A stretch of 63,037 bases of DNA, counting the filler, from Sphacelaria rigidula (Eukaryota): the NCBI GenBank assembly GCA_964200075.2. It is 11 parts of 11 records of this genome, joined end to end, with 100 filler letters (N's around TTAATTAATTAA, not from the genome) between each part and the next. Parts side by side here need not be neighbours in the genome. Positions count along the whole stretch, not along the records: positions 1 to 5,640 come from CAXNAA020025646.1; positions 5,741 to 11,380 come from CAXNAA020025647.1; positions 11,481 to 17,120 come from CAXNAA020025648.1; 8 more parts are not named here. One strand, 5' to 3'. The notes beneath the pieces were generated by a model. The model was not told where the DNA came from. It saw only the letters and a program-made list of their open reading frames with translations, and ran no database searches. Within the stretch, counting starts at the first letter, position 1, and each line of letters starts with the position of its first letter. Shown here piece after piece: positions 1 through 11,735 of this stretch. The translations under genes were made by a program, and so were the position numbers.

Positions 1-90
1 GAAAAAAAAAAAAGCAAAACGAATTGCACGGAACACACGCACCACGACGAACAGGGCATAATGCAACAACAAAACCAACCCCTGTCCAAC

Positions 91-3000
91 CTGCTTGAAG
101 TTGGGGTGAGAATCGCGCTGCTCTCCCTTCAGCTCGCCCATTCCTTCCTCTCCGCTACGCGGAGCCATTCGACTCATCCAAGCGTGCTCTTGGGCTCCGC
201 GCACGGTAATTCTCTCGGAGACCTGAAAGACCAAACAAACGACGCAAATGTGTCAAGGCGGTCATGCTTTCTACTGCCGACATTTTTGGCAGTTTTTCTT
301 CCTTTCGTCTTCCCGTCGTCATATCTTTCAACCCCTCTCTCCCCCCCCCCTCCCCGCTTCTTCGAGACGAGCACGAAAGTGTGAAGGAGTCAAGCCTTTT
401 TCACTCCCTGTACAGTACCTACGGTACCTACCTCACATTTTGTTGTCGAGGAATCGGACCAGCATTACCGCACCCCGTCACTTCGCGCCGTATTTTCTTT
501 GCTCCCCACGTTCTCACGCTCTCACCAAAGGAAGTCAGATTCTACTTTTGTTGTTGTTGCTGTTTTTGTTGTTGATGTCTTCACATTAAAAACCATTCAG
601 ATGTCTGCGCAGTACTCTGCACTGGGGATCTGATGGGAATGCCTTCCGTGGTAACAGGCTAACACTACCGTAAGCTACGGTAAACGAAAATCATTAAATA
701 TAATTAAAATCGGACTCTGAAAAAATTCACCAAGACACGATGCAAAAGAAGAAAAAAAAAAGAGAAGAAAAAGTGGGAGGTCTAGTCTATCAAAAAGAAT
801 ACCACCAAGGGCAGGTCGAGTAGAGTATACTCAATTGCGGGGTATTTTGAAAGACATACTTGGGGTACTCAAATGAGAGTAGAGTGTTGGGAGTCGTACC
901 AAAAAAATAGCTGGAAAGCGATTCCTGGAAACCTACCTCCAATTTGTGTACTTCAAGTACGACTTTCAAAAATACCCCGCAATTAAGTATACTCTACTCG
1001 ACCTACCCTTGGATTCCACTTTGTACGGAAATATAGGTGGGATTTGACGTGATGGGAATATAGGTGGGATATGTACAAACAGCTGTTCGTGGCCCTACAG
1101 GCTGTTTCTGGGGTCCCCACATGGTTTCGATAGCATTACCTCACGCACCGTGGGGGGGGGGAGATTTTCCCCGGGTTACACGGGGATATTTGGGTGTCAT
1201 CCCCGGTTTTCACAAAATCGTCAGGAAAATGTACCTTGTACCCAGTTTTCAGTCATCCTGCCCTTCAGCAGCTCCGCGATTGCGGCCTCTTTCTCAGAAC
1301 TTGTGAGATTCTTTCTTTTTACAGTCCCGCCGACGTTGCTAGACGCTGACATTGTCAGGAGGATGACTTGAAGTGCACGTTGCAGGAGATTATTATTTTC
1401 AGCTCTGAGTGCTGCCACTTCGCGCTGCTGATGGGTGCCCTCCGCAAACAGTGCGGTTTTGGCGCTTTCGGGCATATTGTAGGGGTTCTGGCAAAAAAAA
1501 AAAACGCTTAAAAAAACACGTCAACCGGCATGAGTTATGCAGCTAGAACCTCAAATCCCCGCTATATTTCCGTACAGATAGGTATATATTATCAACATAA
1601 ATATACATGTCGGGAATCGAAGGGCAGTCTTTCCGCCTAAACTGGCTGTTCGTGTACCATTTTAATTTAGATCACCAGGGCGCGGCGGTACGAGTAGGAC
1701 CGCAAAAAATGTGGCGGATTTGGCTGTGGCCATGGCTCTACTCTAAGCTGGTCAACTGCCCTCACGTAATGCCGCAATCATTCGAATCTGTTACAATCGT
1801 CGCAATTATTTTGCTCGATCCTTTTCGTTCCATGTTTTACGAAAACCCCTTTTGCAGGAAAAGCCTGGGACGTTGGCGACACGCCCCTTCATATCGCGCA
1901 CTAGAGGAGCAGATGAGTTAATTCTTGATAAAACGGGATACTTCGACCCCCACCCCCCCTTTTGTCTGGAGCGTTTTTTCAGAGGCACGATACTCCGCGC
2001 ACGAGAAGGGGTACCGTACCGTAACTATGGCAAGGCTGGGGGATATACACCCGAGTCGTTCACGAACTTCGGCAGCAGTACAAGAGCTCGACATCTCGAG
2101 ACTCGGAGGTGTCGACAAGTATTCGAGACACGCTTCTCAATATCTATTCGTGAGCATATAACCGCCCCCTCCCCCCCTTACCCCTTTCCCTGTTCATGTT
2201 GAGGGTGAAATGTTGTCAACTACACCCACGTCAAAATCTCGCCGAGTTCTGCATTCGTAGCAGCTTCGTTCATAAAGGGAAAACGTGAGCAGGGTGATCA
2301 TCTGGAAACAACAGAACATGGAATTTTCAACCCCTTCTGAAAAACGGATACTAACTCACGTTTTGATCGTCCACCACCCAGAAATTCAAGCAATTTTTCA
2401 AGCATATAGTCATTCCCCCCTCCCCCCCCCTCCTCAAGTGCTAGAAGACGTTGCTCGCAATGGGGACCGTGGGTCAACTTGGGGTGTATTATACGACACA
2501 TCACTCTAATTTACGACGTCGTATTTACATATGTCACGACAAGTTGCGATTTGGGTAGAGCGCCTCAACTAGCAGAATTTCAAGTAGCATGTTGATGCCT
2601 CTTACCTTTTTGTTCAGCAGAGCCGAAAGCAAATGTCGCAGAGTCCTCACGCCTCGCTCATTTGCGTCCCCTTGGTCATCGCCGAAACCCGCGCTACTGC
2701 TCGGCGTATCACGACTACCCCCCCGGCTCACGGACCGATTCCTCGACCGGCTGCCGTTGCTCCCCAGCACCGGCCCCGACGATAACCCCTCTAGTCGTCC
2801 GAAACTCTTGGAAGGCGCTAGCTTGGGTCTACTGCTGGAGGAAACACCGCTACTACCGCCCCCCATCCTCTCGACCTGCGCTCTCGGCAGTATCCCCACC
2901 GGTGCCGCCTCCACGCCTTTACCCTCGCCACCGCCGCCGCCGCCGCCGCCATCACTGGATATGGGAGGGCTGCAACTACCTGCAGCACGTCGCCCCTCCG

Positions 3001-5150
3001 CCGCCAACCCTACATCGGCCTCGGAACCCCGTTTCCGCCCGCGCGCCGTCGACGACCCCCTCGAGGTGCCCCCGCCGCACCCGCTGCTGTCACCTCCGCC
3101 GCCTGTCGTTAGCATGGTGCTTACCGACGACGAGCTCTCGTTAGTATACCGACTACCGCGTGATGTTTTTCGGAACCACTCTTGCTCCGGCGGCAGCGAC
3201 ACGGTCCCAGGAGAGCGCGGCGGCGTGGACGGCGATGGGCGCTCGTGGTGATGATGTTGGGGCCGTGCCCCCGATGGCGCCGATTTAGGGGCACCGAGCG
3301 ACGCGCCCGACCGTGAGCATCGTGGCGGTGAGCTACTAGGGACGCTTGCGCCGTTGCGGCCCAGGCCGCGGGCCGAGCTGGAGCCAAAGCCAAGCGCGCG
3401 GTCCCTTTTGGATGACGATGATGTGCGCGATACCATCGGGGCTGATGATGAGTGGGTCGCCGACGTGCTATCCGCTCGCCGTAATCCGTTTGGTCGACTG
3501 GACTCCGGCTTTCGGTGACGGCCCAGCGCTGGGAGCTGTCCCGGACTGCGGTTTGTTGGTAAGGAGGCGTGGTGAGTGTGCGGCGACGGGAAGGAAACAG
3601 GGTTGTGATAAGACGACGTTGTCCAGCGTGTTATTTCGATCGAGAGACGATCCTAGTACATGGGGTGTGTATGTGTGTACGTTCAAGCGTGCGTGTGCCA
3701 TTTCAGGCTTGATACTTCACACCACGTTCTGCGGGCCCTTTCGGAGCCCTGCTTGGCTTTGTGCCACGTCTCGTACCCTTCATGTGCCGAACCTTTTTTC
3801 GTGAACTGTCGTTTCCTTTAAATAACCGGCTATATTGGTGCATGTCTCTGTACCTTTGGAGTTCCATTTCGTCGTCCCCGTCTCCATCCCCATCTTCCGG
3901 TGCGAGGATTGGCTTGAGGCCCGTCACCGCAGGGGACTCTCTGTCGGAGCCAAGGGCGTGGCCCAGCGAAGCCACCTGCTGAATCCTGAACTGCTCCTGT
4001 CTTTGCCTCGCACGTGATCGTCTGTTGCCATCTTTTTCCTACAAAGCAAGACAAAAGGAAAGGAAGAAAAAACGACGACGACGACGGCGTAGCGGAACGA
4101 ACAGCGGAGAGAGAGTTTTGTAGATCTCTGGATACTCACTCTGTTAGGCGTTGTTCTTGTAAGTACCATTGGGATTTTGACGTGCTTGAACTACGAGACT
4201 ACTGTTGTATAGGTGACACACATTTTCATGAAGCTACAGTATGGTTCAAGCGAAGGCAGCAGTGTCATCTAACCTTTGGTTTTCATCGGTCACACTTTCA
4301 AACCCTTACTCTTCCCCCTCCTGTTCCTCGCGTTGAGCCCGTAGAGAATATGAACCAACCCATGTCTTCCCCAGTCCACGGATACCGCAAGCTCAAATCG
4401 ACTACAGAGTCAGCCTCCGTTGCGTACGAGAGGCCGATGCAACAAGCTAGCTACATCTCGCGCGCGATATTATTAGCTTGTGAAAAACCGTCTATACTGC
4501 CAGTGAAGTCCGCCTCGGAGTTTTCGCCAGGTGCACATACACTGTCCGTTTCATTACTGCACAGCACAATAAACGTGCCGGTGCCAGACACCGCCTGTAA
4601 CACCTACGACAATCCGTACAGTACACTTTTCCCATGATACTTCACTTGCTTGTAAGACGTTTAAAACGAGCCTACTCAGTCGTCATCGACGAGCTGGGCT
4701 CAGCATAAAGTCGATCTCCACCCCCAGTCCCCCTCAACGACAATGCAGGGTATCCTCCGGTCTGTTCAGGCTCCGAGAGGCTGTGGGTACGAAATCAAGA
4801 TGAACCACCGTGACATTATACACCCCCGCAACCCACCCACCAGAACAAAACTACGCCTCACCCTCCCCATGACCGCTGCAGACTCTTCCGCGTCCAACTG
4901 CGCCGCCTTGACCTCAGATTCCCGTAACCTGATCTTATCCTTTTTTGTGGCCATAGCCTCGGCTATGACCTCCTCGTCTCCCTCGTCCACGTTTCCCGGA
5001 AACAAGAGCGGCTGTCGGCAGATTTCTAGGAACAGATTTGAGGGGTCCGGATCGTAAAACGGTGGCGTGCCGAATCGGAACACCCACAGGCATACGCCCG
5101 CTGCCCATACGTCCGCCGCGTAGGCGTTGTACGTTCCCTGCCGTTTCAAG
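91..5150 (-). CDS. Ser/Thr protein kinase (CAMKK/GRIK-SnAK-like), partial; exons 5150-4862, 4038-3854, 3545-2606, 222-91
   Basis: Exon 1 gives subdomain IX-X (YAADVWAAGVCLWVFRFGTPPFYDPDPSNLFLEICRQPLLFP). Exons 3 and 4 join to give subdomain XI (LRHLLSALLNKK|VSERITVRGAQEHAWM). All four exons have YAG acceptors and GT donors, and the phases fit (289, 185, 940, 132 nt). The N-lobe lies off the contig. Confidence 0.8.
806..1011. mobile_element. MITE with ~55-bp terminal inverted repeats
   Basis: CAAGGGCAGGTCGAGTAGAGTATACTCAATTGCGGGGTATTTT at the left end is inverted at the right end. The flanks aataccac/gattccac match 6 of 8, a possible decayed 8-bp TSD. Confidence 0.7.
1026..1572 (-). mobile_element. 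Internally deleted Tc1/mariner-like element with an N-terminal transposase remnant
   Basis: TA|CGGAAATATAG...CTATATTTCCG|TA gives a TA TSD and ~21-bp imperfect TIR. The internal ORF 1475-1221 contains KRKNLTSSEKEAAIAELL, which resembles the N-terminal helix of plant/stramenopile mariner transposases. Confidence 0.65.
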
Positions 5151-5640
5151 CTGTTGGACCATGTCGCGGCGGTAGGGATGGGGCGGTCGGGGGAAGCGCG
5201 GGGGGGAAATGAAAAAAAAAAAGAGGCAAAATCCCGAAAACGTGTTGTTAATCTACCACCAATCATTCCAACGGCTCCTGTGTGAGCGCCATCGAGACCT
5301 GCGTCTTCACTCGTGGGGAAATGTCGATACAAGTCCAGGACCCTTGGCTTCTTTGACATGGAATGTAGTGGGGATCAATCATTCTGTACTGGATCGATCT
5401 TAAACACTAATTTTGAAGCTGGTGATGTCAATCTATATTAAAAAAAAAAAGAGACAGAATTTGCACGGGAAAGTACGAAAAATGGACTATTTGGGGGGGC
5501 GCTACGATTTTTCTCGGAAAATAACATCTGAGAGAAAAAAAAATCGGAACCTGAAATTATATCTCCACCTTAGGCCGGATGTAATGGCAACAGATCTTTG
5601 GCCCACGGATTGTTCACTTTTATGACGTTTGACCCACCTT

Positions 5641-5740
5641 NNNNNNNNNNNNNNNNNNNNNNNNNNNNNNNNNNNNNNNNNNNNTTAATTAATTAANNNN
5701 NNNNNNNNNNNNNNNNNNNNNNNNNNNNNNNNNNNNNNNN
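5641..5740. other. Artificial contig spacer (also 11381-11480, 17121-17220, 22861-22960, 28601-28700, 34341-34440, 40081-40180, 45821-45920, 51560-51659, 57299-57398)
   Basis: N44-TTAATTAATTAA-N44 repeats every ~5740 bp, and contig lengths are sorted. Confidence 0.99.
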
Positions 5741-6261
5741 GGTGTAGGGCCGGAATCACCTTCAACGAGTGATTCCTTTTCACCACCATCTTTGGCCCAG
5801 GCCGTGGTGTGGTACTAGAGTTGGGTCAGCACGGTGCTCATCAGGCACACCCACCCCTGTTCTAATGCAGCAGTATAATATGTCAACACCCTGAGCGTGG
5901 GCATATCCTGCGTTACAAGCAGTGTCGTGTGTCAATGACCTGAGTGTGGGCATGTTGGCATACGATGTGTGCGCGGAGGCAGTTGACACCGCACAGCTGG
6001 CACGCACACCCTTAATACAAGAGAGCGTGTGCCGGTGTGTAGACTGGTTTCGGCGACAAGGATGGAGCAGGAGCGGTCGTCGACGGACGGGCCAGGTCTG
6101 GTTGAGCCTCCTGACGAGAAACTTACCACAGACCAGAACCAGATTGCATAACGAAGGAGGAAGTGTTTGATCGCGAAAGGAAGCAGATGGGGCACTATTT
6201 GGGCATCATGAACACCGGAGAGGATGGGCGGTTGGGTCGGCCATGGACGCTGAAGAGGACA

Positions 6262-6511
6262 GACACTTTCTACGATAGCCCTCCCCCCAAAAGTGCATGG
6301 TTTGGGGAGGCGAAATTTTCACGTAAATCGAAATGAGAAAAGCCGCGCACAACGAGCAGCTGGGAATTCTCACACTTGGGCCCGTTCTCGCCAATGTTGC
6401 CAATATGAGGCGCTTAATACAGCCTGAACCCAAACATAAGGCGCTGTATGGCTATTTTTTTCGTGACACTTTTGGGCTGGTTTTGGGGGGGGGGCTATCG
6501 TAAAAAGTGTC
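6262..6511. mobile_element. 250-bp MITE, GACAC family, copy 1
   Basis: TIR GACACTTTCTACGATAGCCC...GGGCTATCGTAAAAAGTGTC with a 5-bp TSD GGACA. Homologous to 32748-32996 and 35914-36162. Confidence 0.85.
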
Positions 6512-7227
6512 GGACAGCTGGGAGCGTCAGCAGGTCAACTTCGAGGAGGACCTTGCAGCGGAGAAGAGCAGAGCCGGCGGCTAATTTTAGTTGAGGGCGG
6601 GATATTTTTGTCTGTTCGGTTTCTGGTACAGTTGTGTGTTATGGATACTACGCGCAGATGGTATCCCATGTTTTCATGGTTGATCATAGGACACTCTGAA
6701 CAGATTGTGTTTTTTGCTGATAGCGCAATCCCGTGTGTAGACTAGACACGCCCTCTCCGTTGTGTTTCCCATGACGATGCTACTTGACCAGAACTCGAGG
6801 GAGGAAATAGTTCTTCGCTTTCTCTCCTCGTTGCCATCAGGTTGTCCTTTTTTGTTCTTCTTGTCTTCTTTGGATCTTCCTAAGTAGCGTTGTTCAGTCT
6901 CCGATGCGCAGGTTCTGTAGAGCATCTCTTTGAATAGCACTCCAGACAGTAGATCTATTTTGGGATTGGTCTCTATTCTATGCGACAGTTTCGATTATCG
7001 GCTCACTCTCTGTTACAACTTTGTGTATACACCAGTACGTGGCAAAGTAGTCGGAGAGGTCACACGCGGGAACTTCTTGGAGTCCAGTACAAGTAGGTCT
7101 CCTGTAATTCAATCGGTCTCATACGGATCTTTCGTAGTGTAGGTGCCTTTTTTGTGTAGATATTTCGTTTCTCGCCTTCTTCTGTGGGCTGTTTGGATCA
7201 TGGGTATGGGTGGTATGCTCCTTGCAC

Positions 7228-7267
7228 TCTGAGACCACGGGTTCGAGAGATCGAGCTAATGTGACGG

Positions 7268-7340
<73 letters not shown>
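7228..7340 (+). repeat. LINE 3' end with (AAT)n microsatellite tail
   Basis: CACGGGTTCGAGAGATCG.CTAATGTG followed by more than 20 AAT units. The same terminus occurs at ~7810, ~8860(-), ~11240 and ~22840(-). Confidence 0.75.
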
Positions 7341-7342
<2 letters not shown>

Positions 7343-7388
7343 CAGTAATAGTAACAAACAAAAAAAGAATAATAATGATAATATTAAA

Positions 7389-7875
7389 CCACTAGAACTC
7401 CCACAGTGCCTACCGAGGACCTTCAAAGAGTAACCAGTAGTTCATCGGGTAGTACACTCCCTAGTATACTTGCGGTCTCTCCGAACAGCTGTGGTGGTGG
7501 TCTATGAGGGTGCCTGGGGTTATCTTTTGAGTTGCCTCCCGCCCGGTGTCCTTGCGAATCCCTTTTCTGTCGTTGTGCTTCTCTTAGTAAATCTGAAGTT
7601 TTTTTTCTTTCTTTCATCCCGTTGAATTCGGGGAAACTACTTCTCATGTTTTCTCGACGTCTCTCTTCTTATTCTCATTTTGGTAATATCATAGTGGATT
7701 GCGTTTGTTCTTGTCATTAGGCTGGAGTCTAGAAAAACTTATGGAGGACTCATATGTCTTGTAAGTAAAAGCAGGAACGGTATTGGAAAGACGAGCCTAC
7801 GTCTGTGACCACGGGTTCGAGAGATCGGACTCATGTGCAAAAAGAATAATAAATGATGATAATAATAAGAATAAT
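7389..7875 (+). mobile_element. 5'-truncated copy (3' UTR) of RTE-like LINE family
   Basis: Its start CCACTAGAACTCCC matches the 3' UTR of the RT-bearing LINE at ~27366. It ends in the AAT-tail motif. Related copies lie at 8835-9296(-) and ~10935-11290(+). Confidence 0.65.
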
Positions 7876-8392
7876 GAGAGAGTCCAGATCGGGATTTTTT
7901 CACTTTCCTCTGAATCTTCGCGAATCTTCACGAACGGAACGCACGCACAACGACGGACGGTGATTGGGCAGGAGGCGTATCGATCTTTCTGAAACAGCTG
8001 CAGCAGATGGTCTCGTGACGGCACAGACTGGAGCATCGTCGTTGCAAAGGTGATTCACACCTGCTCGGAGTTTTGAAGGCGATGACGACGAAGATAGCAC
8101 GGTTGGGAAAAATCATCGCCGGTTCGAATCACCAAATCCATGACTTTTCAGGCCTTATGGCTCGAAAGTGGGTAAAAAAAAATGACCGCTGATCAAAAAG
8201 GTCTCCACGCAATTTTTGCGCCATTTCACGTGCCTGGGCTGTGCGTACCTGGGTTGCAACGCTGAAAGCAAAGCCCAAGGATTGGTTCATACGGTACGAA
8301 TCGATTACACTATAATCAAGCGATTTCCAGACAAATCACTCATTCGTCGGACCCTTGGAAGACACGACTGACTGCGCTGTCTCACCGCACGG

Positions 8393-8830
8393 TGCTGTAT
8401 TGTGCTTGCTGCGTGATGTACTGGAGGGGCAATTGTGGTACTGTACTGGGCATGCACGGTGCTTACAGCTGTACTGTATCACCGTACGGAACTAATATCT
8501 GCTGTACCATACACATCTGCTGTACCCTCGCCGTCACAAACGAGAGACTGCTGCGTCGAGAGCCGTCGATCGAAGAATCCCGTCTGCCCCGATCGGTTGT
8601 TGTTTGTGTCCGTGGTCGATGGTTCTGCGGTGCCCCTGGTGTGTGTTTGTACCTGCTCTGCTCCCCCGAGTTCCGTGGGCTATGTCATTTCTGTAGTCTC
8701 CTTTTCTGCACTAACGTTCCCCCATATTTCTCTCTATTCACGTGTTCTTTCCCACCAATGTACGCCAGAGCAGTGTGGTGTCTCGCTTCGTTGTGCTCGT
8801 CCATGGACGAGAGGATTCATATCCCCAATA
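8393..8830 (+). mobile_element. Probable solo LTR
   Basis: TG...CCCCAATA ends (degenerate TG..CA), non-coding. It shares ATGGTTCTGCG.TGCCCCTGGTGTGTGTTTGTACCTGCTCTGCT and GCCAGAGCAG with 60835-61010. Confidence 0.5.
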
Positions 8831-8834
8831 AATA

Positions 8835-9296
8835 GTAATCATTATTTCCGCACATTCGTCCGATCTCGCTAACCCTTGGTCACAGACGTAGGCTCGTCTT
8901 TCCAATACCGTCCCTGCTATTGCTTACAAGACATATTACCGAAGATAAAACTAAGAAGAGAGACGTCACCAAAACGTGTGAGAAGCAGCTTTCCGGAGTT
9001 CAAACGGGGAGAAAACTAAAAAACGACAACCTCACATCTACCGGAAAAAAAAAAGTACACCGAAAGGAAGGAAGAGAGAAGATAATAAAAGACAACACAA
9101 GAAAAGATAGGTGACACAAGGAGATTAGCATGGCCACCAAGTTCGGGTTCAACTAATAAAACGACCCCAGGCACCTTCATCGACGACTACCACAGCTGTC
9201 CGGAAAGGGGCGGCAGATGCACCAGCGAGTGTACTGCCCGATGAACTACAGATTACTTTTCGGAGGTCCTCGGTCGTCACTGGGGGAACTCTAGAG
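8835..9296 (-). mobile_element. Truncated LINE 3' UTR copy
   Basis: Reverse complement of the 7389-7875 element. Confidence 0.65.
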
Positions 9297-9539
9297 GCAG
9301 TACAGCAAAAAAACTCCTTAGCTTGGCGTGCTTTTGTCTAGGCTGCCATGTACAAGTTAGCCCCCTCCTCTAAAGCTCGAGACCATTCGGACACATCTTG
9401 GGCAACCTGCGTCCACCATAGTGCGGTGTTAGTAGATGAGCTGCAATGTCTTTCTTTTTCCACGGCCGTTTGTTTCCCATGACTGGGTACGAGTGCAGTT
9501 CTGCGCAAGACGTTTTCTATCGAAGCGAATTTGTAGTTG

Positions 9540-10340
9540 GCAAGCCCATTAACCGGCCGATATCTGGAGTTGGACCCTGAAATTTGGTATGGACAATGAA
9601 AAGGGCAAAATAGAAATAAACACCAGTGCACACAAGTTTTTTTCTTCCATGAGTTAAGGGTATTGTGCTGATACCTGAATACTGATTATTGCCCTCGACT
9701 CATGAAAATCAAGAACTTGTGTACACTGGTACTTGTTTCTAATATACTCTATTCATTGTACATTTCAAATTTCAGGGTCCAACTCTAAATATTGGCTGGT
9801 TAATGGACCGTTTAGTGATGGGGTCGATAGAATTCGGAACAGTATTTCGCAACCACTTACCGGCCCACGTTTGGTTCTTGTGTGTTCAAATTTTATCTGG
9901 GCACTCGCTAGGGCATCGTTGACAAAACAAACTGGGTCATGTTTTTTTTTTCACTGGTTTGGGGCGTTTTAGTATGGAAACAACCATTTTTTTACGAGAA
10001 CACCCGAACCTCTCCCAACAAAAAAAAAAATTGAGGACACACTTTTGTTTTATTCAGCATACCTCTGTGGTTCTTTATGCTGAATCTCAAATCACCATTC
10101 TGAAAATTGCGCTAAAAAATCGAGATAAGGCCCAAGAGCAGTGTTCATTACCCCTCAAAACTGCCCTAAAAACGGGGGGGAACCCGAAAAAAATGAAAAA
10201 GCTGTCTCTGTTAGCATTATTATGCACCATCGGTTCTCCATGTAAAATTTCATAGCACAACTCTCAAAAACTGAGACGTAATATCCAGATTTAGTTCATC
10301 TTGTGCCTCTGCTCGTAATATATTGATTCTAGTATGGAAA
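9540..10340. mobile_element. Dispersed non-autonomous DNA element with an internal inverted repeat
   Basis: Aligns with 16743-17120 and 50709-51550. It contains the GAGTTGGACCCTGAAATTT...AAATTTCAGGGTCCAACTC inverted pair. Confidence 0.7.
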
Positions 10341-11645
10341 CTCACGTGCGCCATATCTCGAGATAGATAACGAATTAGGTGAAGTTGAGGATATCTATCG
10401 TCCCCCCGTGCTCCAAGGAATGTCCACACCGAAAAATCGTCGTCACTCGCTGTATGAAAAATCGTCGTCACTCGCTGTATGTATCGATCGGGGGTTTCAT
10501 ATAGATTTTAGCATGAACGCTATCTCCGTCAGGTACAGGAATTACTAGACATGAGGTTTAATCAACGAGAAAATATTGGTCCAGATTTTTGAGCAGGAAG
10601 GGCCCCTTTCCCGTGATCAGACGATTAATACGATACGAGGATCATAGCTCAACTCGTCTATGTCAATGAGATATTGCTTTGAGAGCTTAAATCCGTATCA
10701 TCTTTTTTTTCTGTGTCTTCTTTTTTCTTCAGCGAGTGTTTTTAGTTTTTTTTTTCTGTGTCTCGGGTACCTCTGTTGTGCCACCACGGCTGGATCTCTG
10801 GGGGGTCAGTTGAAGTGCGACAATCAATTAATCGAAAATAAAAACCATACATGGTGCACTGCACCCTACAGTACTGGCTGGCAGTACCACTGTTGTTACG
10901 GTGCGATCTTGTATCGATCTCCACAGAAGCTGGTCTAGGAAGTGGCCTCGATTGATGAAAGAAGACGGTATGGTGATTTGGACATCTTTTGTTGGTGCTA
11001 TATCAGGCCGATTTTGGCGCCCGACTGACGTCCTTGCAGAAACAGAAGACAATGGAGCCTTCGTCCAACCCTTTCTTAACTAGAGTTGACCCTCTCTTCT
11101 TATTTCATTTTGGTGATATTTCAGTTGATTGCGTTTGTTCTTGTAATGAGGCTGGGGTCCCAAAACAAATGATGAAGGACTCCATGTCTTGTGAGGAATA
11201 ACAGGGGCGATATTGGAAGGACCCGCCCACCTCTGTGAACACGGGTTCGAGAGATCGGACTGATGTGCGTAAATAGTAATAATAATAATAAGGCCGTCCG
11301 GAAGAAGCACGGTTAGGACAAATAATGATTCGTCAGGAAATTACTTGGTTTTAGTATGATAAATTGATTCGTGATGAATGNNNNNNNNNNNNNNNNNNNN
11401 NNNNNNNNNNNNNNNNNNNNNNNNTTAATTAATTAANNNNNNNNNNNNNNNNNNNNNNNNNNNNNNNNNNNNNNNNNNNNAGGTGCACCTAGCCACAGCT
11501 GCTCAACCGCTGCGGTCATTCGGGGGGAAAGATCGCTTCGCTAGGTCGCCAGTGTTTCGGGTCTTCCGTGCAAGAGAGAAATGCTACTTCAACCCCATAT
11601 TTTGTATGAACCCCAAAATTCAAAATCGGCTGTTTTCGGTCGAAT

Positions 11646-11735
11646 GTCTCGATATTTGATATCGAGCGAAAAGAACGTCTCGATATTCGATATCGAGCGA
11701 AAAGAACGTCTCGATATTTGATATCGAGCGAAAAA
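11646..11735. repeat. 31-bp tandem repeat x3, each unit a hairpin
   Basis: Unit GTCTCGATATTYGATATCGAGCGAAAAGAAC, containing the stem CTCGATAT/ATATCGAG. Confidence 0.9.

Noticed and set aside
2589..3251. 220-aa Pro-rich plus-strand ORF
   Set aside because: It is the antisense shadow of the GC-rich kinase exon. The shadows over the RWP-RK and PRP38B exons are rejected for the same reason.
7119..7395. Poly-isoleucine ORFs
   Set aside because: These are translations of the (AAT)n tail.
10431..10481. 25-bp exact tandem duplication
   Set aside because: Only two copies inside repeat-derived DNA; ordinary slippage or repair.
11646..11735. CRISPR array
   Set aside because: The repeats are contiguous with no unique spacers, there are no cas genes, and the context is eukaryotic.
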